From Marsupella aquatica (lineage: Eukaryota; Plantae; Marchantiophyta), in NCBI GenBank assembly GCA_973895155.1, contig OZ316899.1, positions 705,573-769,572 on the forward strand: DNA of 64,000 bases, read 5' to 3'. This document shows positions 34,247 to 45,294 of the stretch, piece after piece. Positions within the stretch are counted from its first letter, which is position 1; each line of letters starts with the position of its first letter. Position numbers and translations under genes: made by a program. The notes under the pieces were generated by a model. It was not told the origin of the DNA. It ran no database searches and saw only the letters and a program-made list of their open reading frames with translations.

Positions 34247-37200
34247 ATGCCCGTCACTCGTTCTCAAGCAGCTTACTTGAGGAGATTGACCAGCGAACGA
34301 GAAAGTGCAACCGCAACAAGCTCCGACTCGTCGGGCTCGGAGGACTCACAATCGTCCCGACGTATGAACATACCCCCGGGATCTTCGGGGTCCGGTTCGA
34401 CCGGCCCTGCTGCGGTTCCACCACCACCACCACCACCACCACCACCTATGGCAGCCGCTCCACCGGTGGCCCGCGCTGCTCAGGCGCCTCCACAAATATC
34501 GCAACGATCGCGATTTCATTATCGACCTTTCAAAGGGCGTCATGGGGATGATCCGGATGAATGGTTGGATGAGTTTGAAGCCACTGCTAAAGCTAATGGG
34601 GAAGACGCCATTAAGCTAACCGTCCTCCCGGGAGTGATGCGGGGAGAAGCTCGTCCATGGTACAACTCGTTACCACCCAGGACTACCTGGGCACAATTCC
34701 AAGCTGCATTGCTGCAGGAGTTTCGTGCCATTGGATCAGAACAACGTTCTCTATTAAAGATTGGCCAGCTTTGCATGGAAAAAAAAGAGTCCCTGCGGAA
34801 GTTCATTCAGAAGTTTCAGAAACTTGCGGCCAAGATCCGGCCCAGGCCAGGAGACGCGCTCCAGCTTACATGGTTCCTTCATGGTTTGCCCACGAATATG
34901 CAATTCTGGGTACGCCAGAATAATCCAATTTCAATGCAGGCGGCCATAGCGTGCGCTGAAACTTACCGGGAGTCCACCTATAACTCCCGGCGGAGCCAGC
35001 GAGCACGCCGCAGGAAGGGTAAGTATGAAACCTTCAGTGACAGTGACTCCGAATCGGACGACGAGAGGAAGAAGAAACGCAAGAAGAAGAAGAAACATTG
35101 TTCGACCTCGTCCAGCTCCGAGACGGAATCCAGTTCGGATTCAGCTTCAAGCATCGGATCCTCTACCTCCAGTTCATCAGGAAGTGACTTGGAGAGCGAA
35201 AGCCGGAGCAAAAAGAAGAAGAGACGAGTGAAGAAGGAGGGGAAGATTAAACCCCGGGCGCGAAGAACGATACCAGATCCAAAGGCTGCCGAAGCAGACA
35301 AGCTGAACGAAATCACGGATCGACTCAAAGCACTGTCAGTACATCTTGCAGAAAAGCCGGTGGAGAAGAAGAAGCCATCTGAGATTCGAGCCCATGCGTG
35401 GTGTTCAAAGTGCTTCCAATCCGGCCATGTGGTGCAGGAATGCCCAAGGTGGAAGAACCGAGTTCACCAAGTAGAGCTGGATGATGTTGACAACCCGGGC
35501 CCCGAATCGGAGTCCACGGAGTATTTCTTTGAGGACCCTCCTGATTCCGTGTACCAGATTTCAACGGTAGGTCCGCGTAATTTAGCGGGTAGAACTGCGT
35601 ACCCCTACCCAAGTAATGGTCGGAGTTTCCAGGTTATCAGTAACCCGAGCATCCCTCCTAAGCCAGGGATTTGGCGGTCCCCGGTTTGTTACAACTGTGA
35701 AAAGCCAGGACACTTTGCGAGGGAATGCACCGAACCAAGACGTCAGGGAGATGGCCGAGGCACCCCACTATGTCAAGTTTGCAAAACGGAGGCTCATTCC
35801 ACGGCCAACTGCCCGTTGGTAATCGCTGGTCGAACGAGTGCGGCTAGACCGGCCCAGGCTGGACCAGTCACGAGCGATGCAGTCGTCCAAATGATTGCTG
35901 TAGAATGGCAAGATGACAACACCGAGTGGGTGAATCTGGTGGACGTGGCGGAACACCCTAATCCATTGGATGAGGCCGAGTGCTACCGAGTGTCGACAAG
36001 GGCCGAACGGAAGGAAGAAAAGACGGAGGAGAAACGGAGGAAAAAGAAAGATACTACTCCGGTGCAGCCAGCGATAAATATACCCCCGGAAAAGGACGAT
36101 GACTACCGACGGGACGACCCGAAGCTGTTTTTTCCCCGCATCGAAGAATTGGTAAAGAAACAGCTGGAGGCTTACGAAGCTCGGGAATACCAGAAGGCAA
36201 TCGATAAGGACATCAAAGCAGCCGAGACAGCCCGACGTCAGGAGCAAGAAAAGCAAGATAAACAAGAGGAAGCCAAGCAGCAGCCAACGAAAGAAACAAA
36301 GGAGGACTATGATATTAAGGAGGACGTGAAGAGTTGCCCGGTTACAGCGACGGTGGGGCAACTGCTGCAGAACAACCCACAGTACAGACGACAACTGAGG
36401 GAGTTGCTCATGGGTCGCCGAAGGAGGAGACTACCCCGAGTTGGGAGTGCGGACTGCAACATGATATGCGAGGACCTTGGAGCGCCGGACATCTCGATCG
36501 AAATTAATAACTGTACCATCAAGATGGTTCTTGTAGACGGAGGAGCGGGAGTCAACATCATGACTGAAGAAACGTCAGTCAAGTTAGGATACCTCACGTA
36601 TCAACCCACGGCCCGAGCTATCAGATTAGCAAACGGGGCAAGGGTCCTCCCATTAGGCACGCTCACACGAGTCCTCACTCTGGTGGGAGGGGTAGAGTTC
36701 TATCTCAACTTCTTAGTCATGAGGCCGGTTTGTCCCTCCTCTTATCCGGTTCTTCTGGGCAGGCCGTGGTTGTACGGTGGCCGCGTAGTCACGGATTGGG
36801 GAAAGAAGGAGCTACGGTTCGGAAAACCCACCGTACGGGTATCCTGGGCAATGGACGATTATCAGGGAGAAACCCCACAAGGACCCGAGGAATATGATTC
36901 GGAGACCTCGGAGGAAGAGGAACTCAATATGATCGAACTCATCTCGTCCCTATCCGAGGAAGATGTCTTCGGAGTTGAAGCAACCCGAGAAACACATCTC
37001 CTAAATTACCCGAGGGCTGCCATTGAGTCCACCCCAAGTACATCTACTGTCGGGGATGAGGAAACGCACGAACAACTCGTCGAGACGGAGGACACGGCTC
37101 CAGCTAAGCAGGGAGCCGAGGCTACTCCTTCCATTTCAGAGCCTCGTAACCATGAACCAGCCCAACAACCGCCTGAGGCCGGAAACTCGAGACCGAGACA

Positions 37201-40200
37201 TAAAAAGCGAGTCTCATGGGATCCGTCCATTCCGCAATTGGAGGAAGTAAACCCCATCCTGAGACCAATCCCGGTCCCACCCATGTACGGAGGGGTTCGG
37301 TTAGCTGAGCTTGACGCGAGCCTGGACCCGAGTCTGCGAAACCAGGTTGAAGTCATCAGGAAGGAGCACTACCGGAAGTACACTATTGGGATGGACAAAT
37401 CTTTTAACCTGGGCCACGCTCTGACGGGGAAGGCTGAAAAATCCATCCAAGCTTTGCTCAAGGAATATGAAGATGTGTTTGCATGGAGTCATCATGATTT
37501 AACAGGCGTCTCCCCCGAGTTGGGAGAACACACAATCGATCTGAACCTAGGAGCCCATGCGGTACGACAGCGACAACGTCGCATGAATCCGAGGTACTCC
37601 ATCTTAGTGAAGGAGGAAATTGATCGTCTCCTCGCCGCCGATATCATTTACCCGGTAATGGCCAGCGACTGGGTCTCTCCCATTGTCATTGTACCAAAGA
37701 AGGGAGGTACGGATGGAAAACCTAAGATTCGTATCTGTCAGGACTACCATAAGCTGAATGACGCAACCCGAAAAGACCATTACCCATTACCATTCACGGA
37801 TATGGTTCTAGATATGGTGGCCCGAAATGAAATCTATACATTTCTTGACGGGTATTCAGGTTATAACCAAATCTGGATTCGTCTCGCGGATCAGCTCAAA
37901 ACAACTTTCACTATGGAGTGGGGAACGTTCGCATTTCGGAGGATGCCTTTTGGTCTGTGTAACGCCCCGGCTATGTTTCAGCGCCTTATGATGAATATCT
38001 TCCACGATTTCCTACGGGAATTTTTGGAGATATTTATCGATGACTTTGCCATCTTCGGAACCGTTGCCATGCACCCCGAACACCTACGACGAACGTTGCA
38101 ACGATGCCGAGATGTTAACCTCAAACTACATCCCGCCAAATGCTTCTTCGGGGTAGAGGAGGGGGTGTTACTCGGGCATCGTGTGTCCAAACGGGGCATT
38201 GAGGTGGACCAAGAGAAAGTTGCGGCCTGGATGGCGGTGGTGTTCCCCTTGGATCAAAAAGCAGTACGATCCTTCTTGGGCTGCGTAGGGTATTACCGCC
38301 GGTTCATTAAAGACTTTGCTAAAATTGCATTGCCCTTAACTGAGATGATGAAGAAGGACGCAGCGGTCGAGGAGACACCCCGAAGACGGATTGCTTTTGA
38401 GGAACTCCGTAAACGACTCACCACCGCGCCTATCATGGTCACCCCAGACTGGAATAAGGAGTTCCACGTGTATGTCGATGTGTCAGGGTTCTGTATCGGA
38501 TCCGTACTTAGTCAGCTAGATGAGGATGGACGTGATCACCCCATCTATTTCGCTAGCCGTCAACTATTTGCAGCCGAAAAGAATTATTCCCCCACTGATC
38601 GAGAAGCTTTGGGAATAATCTACTCGTGTAAAAAGTTCCGACACTATCTGCTAGGCTACAAGGTCATTTTCCACACGGATCATGATAGCCTGAAGTACAT
38701 GGTCAACAAAGCGGATGTGACAGGACGGATAGCCCGGTGGGTGCTACTTCTCCAGGAATTTAATTACGAAGTTCGGGTTCGGCCAGGAAGGGTACACCTC
38801 AATGCCGATTTCTTTTCACGACTGGACGGCGTACCAGTCGATCAGCCAATTGATGATATTTTTCCGGATGAGGAGTTGTTCCACGTGGGGGAAGGGACAC
38901 CAACGTGGTACGGCTCAATAATCACCTTCCTTTTAACGGGCCCCATCCCTGACGGCATCAATCAGGAGGCCGCCGCTGTGTTTTTACGGAAAGCCGGGCC
39001 TTACGTCATGATACAGGGTCACCTACATAAGGAAGGTATTAACGGAAAGTTACGACGCTGCTTAGAGTATAAGGAGACACTTATCGTGATACGGGCCCTG
39101 CATGAAGAAGAAGCTGGAGGCCATTTCGCGGCAGTTACGACAGCCCGAAAGATTCTGGACTCGGGGTATTGGTGGCCTACGTTGCATCGGGATGTACAGC
39201 GCTTCATTAAGGGCTGTGACTTGTGTCAGCGAGCGGGGGCCCCGAGGCGGGCTCATCATCACCCGCTCACATCTGTGCTTCCATTGGCACCATTCGAAAA
39301 ATGGGGAATTGATTATATCGGACCGTTCACTCCCGTTACCCGAAGGCGAAGGTGCAGGTACATCCTATTAGCTATTGATTACTCCACCAAATGGGTCGAA
39401 GCGCGGGCTACGGTAAAGGACGACGCCGCAACCAGTGCCAGATTCTTATACGAACAGATTTTCACCCGATTCGGACCGCCCTTAGAATTGGTAAGCGACC
39501 GTGGAACCCACTTCCTCAATGACACCGTAGCCCAGCTTACGGAGCGTTACCTAGTCAAGCACCGCAAGACTACCCCATATCATCCTAAAGCCAACGGGAT
39601 GGCGGAGAGAGCAAATGGTATCATTGGGAAGATCCTCAACAAAACTGTAGCTGCGCACAAAATGGATTGGGATGATAAGTTGTACGCGGCGGTGTACTCG
39701 TATAATCTAGCTTACAAAACTACTACGAGTCACAGCCCGTACTTTCTGGTGTTCGGCCAACATTCGTTGGTGCCCGTCGAATTTGAAGTGCACACTCCAC
39801 GGGTCAGCATTCGGGATCGCTTACCTGAATCTGAAAGTCTGTCAGACCGAGCTTATCAGATTGAAGCCTTGGAAGAAGCACGGCTACTGGCAGCTCGACA
39901 CACCGTGAAGAAACAGGCAACTTCGAAGAAGCAGCACGACAAAGGACTACGGAGGGTCGACGTCGTGGCAGGCGATCTAGTCCTTCTGTACGATAGTACG
40001 TACATGCAGTTTCCAGGGAAGCTGCATACCCGGTGGTTAGGGCCCTTCCTTGTCAATCAGATCTACCGAAACGGATCTTTGGAGCTTGCGACGTATGCCG
40101 GCGATTTACTCCCCACGCGAATCAGCTACGATCGTGTAAAAAAGTACCACCATCAAGATGACGACGCCGATAGCGATGTTCGCGAGGACGCTTCACAATT

Positions 40201-40246
40201 AAGCAGGGAGCTATGTGACGCCGCCGGTACGGCGGTTAATGAGTGA
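34247..40246 (+). CDS. Gag-Pol polyprotein, 1999 aa: gag, CCHC knuckles, aspartic protease, RT, RNase H, integrase; no chromodomain and no extra RNase H
   Basis: CYNCEKPGHFAREC; LVDGGAGVN; RICQDY..LN, FIDD; DVSGFCIG, REALG; H..H...C..C, GIDYIGPF, SDRG, ERAN, GPF. Athila-like WYGSIITFL. The frame runs 33 nt into the 3' LTR. Confidence 0.97.
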   Translation: MPVTRSQAAYLRRLTSERESATATSSDSSGSEDSQSSRRMNIPPGSSGSGSTGPAAVPPPPPPPPPPMAAAPPVARAAQAPPQISQRSRFHYRPFKGRHGDDPDEWLDEFEATAKANGEDAIKLTVLPGVMRGEARPWYNSLPPRTTWAQFQAALLQEFRAIGSEQRSLLKIGQLCMEKKESLRKFIQKFQKLAAKIRPRPGDALQLTWFLHGLPTNMQFWVRQNNPISMQAAIACAETYRESTYNSRRSQRARRRKGKYETFSDSDSESDDERKKKRKKKKKHCSTSSSSETESSSDSASSIGSSTSSSSGSDLESESRSKKKKRRVKKEGKIKPRARRTIPDPKAAEADKLNEITDRLKALSVHLAEKPVEKKKPSEIRAHAWCSKCFQSGHVVQECPRWKNRVHQVELDDVDNPGPESESTEYFFEDPPDSVYQISTVGPRNLAGRTAYPYPSNGRSFQVISNPSIPPKPGIWRSPVCYNCEKPGHFARECTEPRRQGDGRGTPLCQVCKTEAHSTANCPLVIAGRTSAARPAQAGPVTSDAVVQMIAVEWQDDNTEWVNLVDVAEHPNPLDEAECYRVSTRAERKEEKTEEKRRKKKDTTPVQPAINIPPEKDDDYRRDDPKLFFPRIEELVKKQLEAYEAREYQKAIDKDIKAAETARRQEQEKQDKQEEAKQQPTKETKEDYDIKEDVKSCPVTATVGQLLQNNPQYRRQLRELLMGRRRRRLPRVGSADCNMICEDLGAPDISIEINNCTIKMVLVDGGAGVNIMTEETSVKLGYLTYQPTARAIRLANGARVLPLGTLTRVLTLVGGVEFYLNFLVMRPVCPSSYPVLLGRPWLYGGRVVTDWGKKELRFGKPTVRVSWAMDDYQGETPQGPEEYDSETSEEEELNMIELISSLSEEDVFGVEATRETHLLNYPRAAIESTPSTSTVGDEETHEQLVETEDTAPAKQGAEATPSISEPRNHEPAQQPPEAGNSRPRHKKRVSWDPSIPQLEEVNPILRPIPVPPMYGGVRLAELDASLDPSLRNQVEVIRKEHYRKYTIGMDKSFNLGHALTGKAEKSIQALLKEYEDVFAWSHHDLTGVSPELGEHTIDLNLGAHAVRQRQRRMNPRYSILVKEEIDRLLAADIIYPVMASDWVSPIVIVPKKGGTDGKPKIRICQDYHKLNDATRKDHYPLPFTDMVLDMVARNEIYTFLDGYSGYNQIWIRLADQLKTTFTMEWGTFAFRRMPFGLCNAPAMFQRLMMNIFHDFLREFLEIFIDDFAIFGTVAMHPEHLRRTLQRCRDVNLKLHPAKCFFGVEEGVLLGHRVSKRGIEVDQEKVAAWMAVVFPLDQKAVRSFLGCVGYYRRFIKDFAKIALPLTEMMKKDAAVEETPRRRIAFEELRKRLTTAPIMVTPDWNKEFHVYVDVSGFCIGSVLSQLDEDGRDHPIYFASRQLFAAEKNYSPTDREALGIIYSCKKFRHYLLGYKVIFHTDHDSLKYMVNKADVTGRIARWVLLLQEFNYEVRVRPGRVHLNADFFSRLDGVPVDQPIDDIFPDEELFHVGEGTPTWYGSIITFLLTGPIPDGINQEAAAVFLRKAGPYVMIQGHLHKEGINGKLRRCLEYKETLIVIRALHEEEAGGHFAAVTTARKILDSGYWWPTLHRDVQRFIKGCDLCQRAGAPRRAHHHPLTSVLPLAPFEKWGIDYIGPFTPVTRRRRCRYILLAIDYSTKWVEARATVKDDAATSARFLYEQIFTRFGPPLELVSDRGTHFLNDTVAQLTERYLVKHRKTTPYHPKANGMAERANGIIGKILNKTVAAHKMDWDDKLYAAVYSYNLAYKTTTSHSPYFLVFGQHSLVPVEFEVHTPRVSIRDRLPESESLSDRAYQIEALEEARLLAARHTVKKQATSKKQHDKGLRRVDVVAGDLVLLYDSTYMQFPGKLHTRWLGPFLVNQIYRNGSLELATYAGDLLPTRISYDRVKKYHHQDDDADSDVREDASQLSRELCDAAGTAVNE

Positions 40247-43200
40247 TTCAGTCTAACTGCGCTCGGCACGCGCGTTAGGTGGGTCTTAGGCCGCTATTAT
40301 TAGCATAACGATAGTATTTAGGTAATCATTAGGGGTAGGACATCATTAGGCAATAAGGGGGACTTCAGGTTCGGGCTGGCGGCGGGTCGCTATTCGCACA
40401 CCCGGGTTACGAGCGTGGAGGGGCCCCTCCCTCGGGTCCGTATAACGAACTTAAGGAAGCGGCCACTGACGCACGCTGACTCAGACCGGCGGAGTGGCCG
40501 GTACACCACAAGCGTGAGTGGTTCAACCTATGGGCGTCGAGGAGACGTCGGGGATCGACAAGCCCTCAAAGTATAAAAGGGGAGCCAACCCTTTGTAGTG
40601 CACCAGTCCATCAGTCCGCGCGCCAGCTTCGACCCCAGCTCTCTCGTTCTCTCTAGGTCGCCACTACTATCTCCTCTGAATGTCGCACACGATCCTCTCC
40701 AGCTCGGCCATTCGATTCTGGACGCAGTTCCTATCTACCAGAAGGCACTTGGCCGATTCATTGAAACACGCCAACCCGCGCCGATACGAGATCGAACGCG
40801 AATACGAGAGAGCCATCCGCCTAGCAGGACGACACCACTACGTCCTTAACTTTGACTACCCGTCTCAGAGCAAGCTTTACCGACCAGCTGAGGTATCTGG
40901 GTACTTCTTCAACGGAGACAAATATATCGGGTTCTGGGAAGCATTGCTTCGGCTTCCGGACGAGGTCTTCAATATCCCGGGTACAATCGACCTGCAGCGA
41001 CATCACTTCGACCACATCCCTGCCCAGGTTCGGGCTGTCATTAACGGTGAGTCCAGTACCAACCGTTCGACAAGGGCGTCCGCACTCGCTTCGGAGAACT
41101 TCTACCAGCACCTGCAAAGCTTCATGGGAACTCGGCCATCAACCAACATGACCAACTCAGCCGGGCCCGTACCCGTACCCGTGCCCATGCAACCTCAGCT
41201 TCAGCCTCAGCCTCAGCCGCAGCCTAGCCAAACCCCACCACCTATCACCCAGCCAGCACAGGTACGCTCCGTCATCAACGCTGTGGATCTTAGCGATGAC
41301 GACGAGGCTACCCCACCCTTGACCAGGCGGCCCAGAGGAACAAGCGCGCGGGGGGCCGACACTATATCGTCCCCACCCCCTGCTCTGACCCCAGGAGCGG
41401 CCCCAGCAGACAACATGGTGACCGTGGCCGCCCCGGGCCCGTTACCAACCGCAGTGGCACTCCCCAGGCCCGATCGGGCGGATGGGGAAGTATCACCTTC
41501 CCCGAGTCAGTCACGGGGAAAGAAGAGGAAGGAATCTGCCACTGCATCCGGGTTACCGTTGGCCACGGTAGCCGTAGGCAAGGTGACGATGCATCGCATG
41601 GGGGAAAACGTTCACAGCAACATCCTCCATCCCAAGCATGCGGTGTACCTGAAGACTCAGGGATTTGAGCACCTCGCCTCTCTCCCCTGGAACACTTGCA
41701 GGTACTACGGGGAGGACATGACAGAATTCGTCAAGAATTATGATGACGTACGTCAACAGACTCGGCTGCGGGGAAGGAATATGTCCCTCACAGAAGAACG
41801 GCTCAAGATGATCTTCGGGTTACCCGAAGGTGATCATCGAGTCGAATCACGGGCTCCCGGGGGCAAGGGGGCCAAGTACCAATCTTCAAGTTTTCCCTCA
41901 GAGGGATCAGTAGACAACGGGTTCGTGATGAGGACCTGCCTCATGCCCGAGATAGTTGAGCGGCTGGAGTTCCAGAGGTACGCTGTCCACATGATGGAAC
42001 CCCGGGGGGAGATCTCCGCCGCCCAGGTTATCCAGGTCGAGAACTATCGACCTAGGAAATGGGCGTCGTACTTCGCTAAGAAATTCCATGAAGAGATGGA
42101 GCGGCGAAGGAAGACGCTGTACATTGGCGGGAAGGCGTATTTCGCTAGCCACATCGAAATCATTCTTGAGTGGTACGCCCGGTTTGATCGACGAACCCTT
42201 CCCCGCATCAACGTTACAAAGCTGGTCCCAGCTAGGTGGGTTTTTCCGGCATTGGAGAGACGGCCCCAACCCGAGGCCCGAAGTCCAATGGACACGCCAG
42301 CTTCACCCACCCCACCTCCACAAATAGCTGTAATCGTACCCGAGGAGGCGCCGGAGGGGTCGGTCGTCGCAACCGTTGATGCGACCCAACTAGCCGGGCT
42401 AAGTACAGAAGTTGGTACGGCAGAGGTCTTACCCGAACCCGGGTCTCCCAAGGACCCGCCGGTGGCAATTCCGGAGAACCGGACATCGCTGTAGGAGGAC
42501 ACTCCAGCCCCTTCCAACGTTATGTCCCCAGGGCTGGACGTCACTGCCCCGGCCCCTGCGCGTGTTGATGTCTGCCCGTGCCCAAATCCGGACAGGCACA
42601 ACTTGGACCACCCGGAACTCTTCGTACAGGGTACGTTTCTGAACGGGCTTCTGGGAGATTTCTCTCATCAAATTGCCCGGGATACCGGGGAGTTCATGGC
42701 CCGGAAGGTAGCCTGTTTCTTCAATCAGGAGTTGGTTGCCGCCGTAAAGGCAGGTCGGGCCCAGTCGGAGGCCCTTCAGAGGATAGAGCGGTATCGGGTG
42801 GAGTCCGTGTACCTAAAGAACGAAGTGGCGGCTCAAGAGGCTGAGCTTCTGCAACTACGACCCAAGGTTGCAGCCGCCGATGAGTTGTTAGCAAAGGCGT
42901 ACGCTCTTACCGCCCTAGCCGAACAGGCCAAAGCTGGGAACGAGGCCGAGATTACACGACTCCGGAACCAGATTGACAGTTTGAAGAAACAAGCTGTCAC
43001 CTGGCAGAAAGACCTGGAGGAGGCCGAGGAGCGAGCCCAGCGGGACGCGACGGAGATAGCCACGCTGCAGGCCGAGATGGCGTGGCTCCAAACCGAGGCC
43101 AAGAAGCAGGACCAGCTGGCGAGTAAACTGACGAGCGACGCCCAGCAGCTGGAGGAGGCATGTCAGGAGGCAGCAGAGGAGACGGACGCGGCGAGGCGAG

Positions 43201-44213
43201 AGAACGAATCTCTGCTGGACCAGGTCCAGCTCCTCTAGGCGGACAATGACAGGCTTCGAAGGCAGCGGGATGGCCGTTCCCATTCAGGCGGCTCTGGCAA
43301 GCGTGCCAGGCATTAGCGGCGGAGTAGGAATAGATTAGGATTAGGATTGGCTTAGTCAGGCTCTTGGGACAGGCACCTGCCTTAGGTACAACAGCGCTGC
43401 CCTGCTGTCCAGCCTGCGTAAATTAGGATCTTCTAATAAGACACAGCCGTTTTCCGGCCTGACTGTCAGCTTAGTTAGGACCTTAGTCAGCGAATCTTCA
43501 GCGTGAGGACACCCCGTTCCTCGGCTCTTAGTATTTAGTGCACCCCTCGGTAGAGGCAGGGGGGTTTTTAGTTTCAGAGTCGGACATCCGCGGGACATGC
43601 GGGGAGTCCCGACCGCTGGGAATGACAGAGTACCAAGGGGAGGGGGTAGGACTAAGCTTGCCGGGCGAGTGCGGAGCCGGGCTCCGTTGTAGTGTGCACC
43701 CTTGGCCTTGAACCTGTGCATTCCAGGGCTGTCGTGTCAACTAAGTGTACGCATATGTTCCCTTTGTAGTAAAATCCTTTCCCATCATTTTTCCTTCGTG
43801 TAAATCGAGATTGTATGCATGTGTGCGCATATGTGTGTGGGTTTCTCGTATATGGGTGGCAGCGCCGGGCCGAACGCACTACCCGAGACGTGCACAGGGT
43901 GCAGCCTGCAGGTAAGTGGTTGCGAGCACAGGTTGAGGACCTGTATCATCGAATCCGGATCAAAGGCGGACAGCACGAAGGCTTAGAAGCCCTTAAGCCG
44001 GGGTCGATCCTGCTATCGACTAAGGTACGTTCCGGCGGCGGAACACAAACCATACCTAGGAGGTGTCCGTATTTAGCAGTATGCGCACTTAGCGCTAGTT
44101 TACGAGAATAAGGTGCATTACGTGCTTCCCTTCCTGCCCGAACCCTCAGATTTACGAGGGATGTGCCCGTCTAAGCTGAAGTCTGAGTTAAGGCCGAAGC
44201 CTACGACGTGACA
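40214..44213 (+). repeat. 3' LTR (4,000 bp)
   Basis: Preceded by the PPT AAGCAGGGAG and CTA; ends at the TSD. Confidence 0.95.
40680..43316 (+). pseudogene. LTR-encoded ~878-aa ORF, 3' LTR copy
   Basis: Same frame throughout; point stops only at 42492 and 43236, which are CAG and GAG in the 5' LTR. Confidence 0.9.
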
Positions 44214-45294
44214 GTCTATCTCCATGGACTTCATTGTTGGGTTACCTGAGTCCCACGGCAGTAACTCCATCTTAACAATCGTGGATTGTTTTTCCCAGAT
44301 GGCGTATTTCTTGCCTATTACGAAGATGGTTTCGGCCCGAGAGGTTGCCAATCTAGTATTTGACAATGTCTTTCGACAATGGGGATTGCCGTTGCATATC
44401 CTGTCCGACCGCGATACCAAGTTCACGGGCCATTTCTGGAAGGCGTTGTTCCGGTTATCCGGAACAGACCTGACTAGGGGATCAGCGTATCATCACGAGA
44501 CAGATGGCCAAACAAAATGGGTGAATGGTATCGTGGAGGACTACTTGTGTCACTTTGTGATGGCCAATCAGAAGGATTGGGCGAAGCATTTAATAATGGC
44601 CGAGTTTAGGTATAACTCGACCAAGCATTCGGTGACGGGGTTTGCGCAGTTTGTGTTGGCCACAGGGAGGACGCCAAGGGCGCCCTCCTGGTTTATAAAT
44701 CCGAAAGCTTGGCGGACGGAAAGCAAGGTTCCTTTTGTAGACAATTTTATTCAAGAGTGGCGCTTTGTTGGGGAAGCGGCTACCAAGGGTATGACCCTTG
44801 CCCAAAGTCAGTACAAGAAGCAAGGGGATAAACATTGACGTCAGGTAAGTTTTGAAATTGGGAAGAGCGCTTAGTTGCAGTTAAGACCTGAGCAATACCA
44901 TGGGAACATAACTAGGAAGCTGGCTCCCAGATATGCGGGGCCCTATCGTATCATCCAATGGGCCCACAAGGATAATCCGGTTTTGATGGTGTTGGACCCA
45001 AGGAAATGGGCGTGGGCAAAAGCTACCATGTCAGCCAACTCAAGAAGTTTGTCAAAGACGATGATCCCAACCGGGATCAAGTCTTGCATCCGGACGCCTT
45101 GCTGGTGGAGGAGTTTGAGGTGGAGGCAATTCTGGACCACTGTTACAAACGCAAGTTGGGAAGGCAAATCTTAGAGTATTTGGTGAAGTGGGCTGGCTAT
45201 GATCAGGCCAAGAGTACTTGGGAATCGGAAGAAAATTTGGGTAATGCCTCAGAGATCCTTGGAAGCTATTGTAAGCAAAGCGGCCTACCACCGT
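44214..45294 (+). pseudogene. Chromovirus remnant, 3' part: integrase core, GPY motif and chromodomain
   Basis: SMDFIVGLP, ILSDRD, HHETDGQ, YAGPYRI; EFEVEAILDH...EYLVKWAGYD...STWESEENL. Confidence 0.92.

Larger units (their letters stand above)
30129..44213 (+). mobile_element. Full-length Athila-like (non-chromovirus Ty3/Gypsy) LTR retrotransposon, 14,085 bp, with ~4-kb gene-bearing LTRs (copy 1)
   Basis: TSD GTCTA at 30124-30128 and 44214-44218. Excision restores the chromovirus integrase PWESISMDFIVGLP. TG...CA ends, PBS, PPT and an intact gag-pol are present. Confidence 0.96.

Noticed and set aside
34254-40056. Many short ORFs overlapping gag-pol (likewise 52493-57533 and within the LTR ORFs)
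   Set aside because: Shadow frames of long GC-rich coding sequence, duplicated only because the elements are duplicated.
40680-43316. LTR ORF as an env gene, or as a 3'-UTR ORF of an element with short LTRs
   Set aside because: No signal peptide or transmembrane segment is visible, and the TSD, PBS and PPT place it inside the LTR.
43356-43721. 121-aa antisense ORF also open in copy 2 (58154-58519)
   Set aside because: Frameshifted in the 5' LTR of copy 1, no recognisable motif, many amino-acid changes, and GC-rich DNA keeps such frames open by chance.
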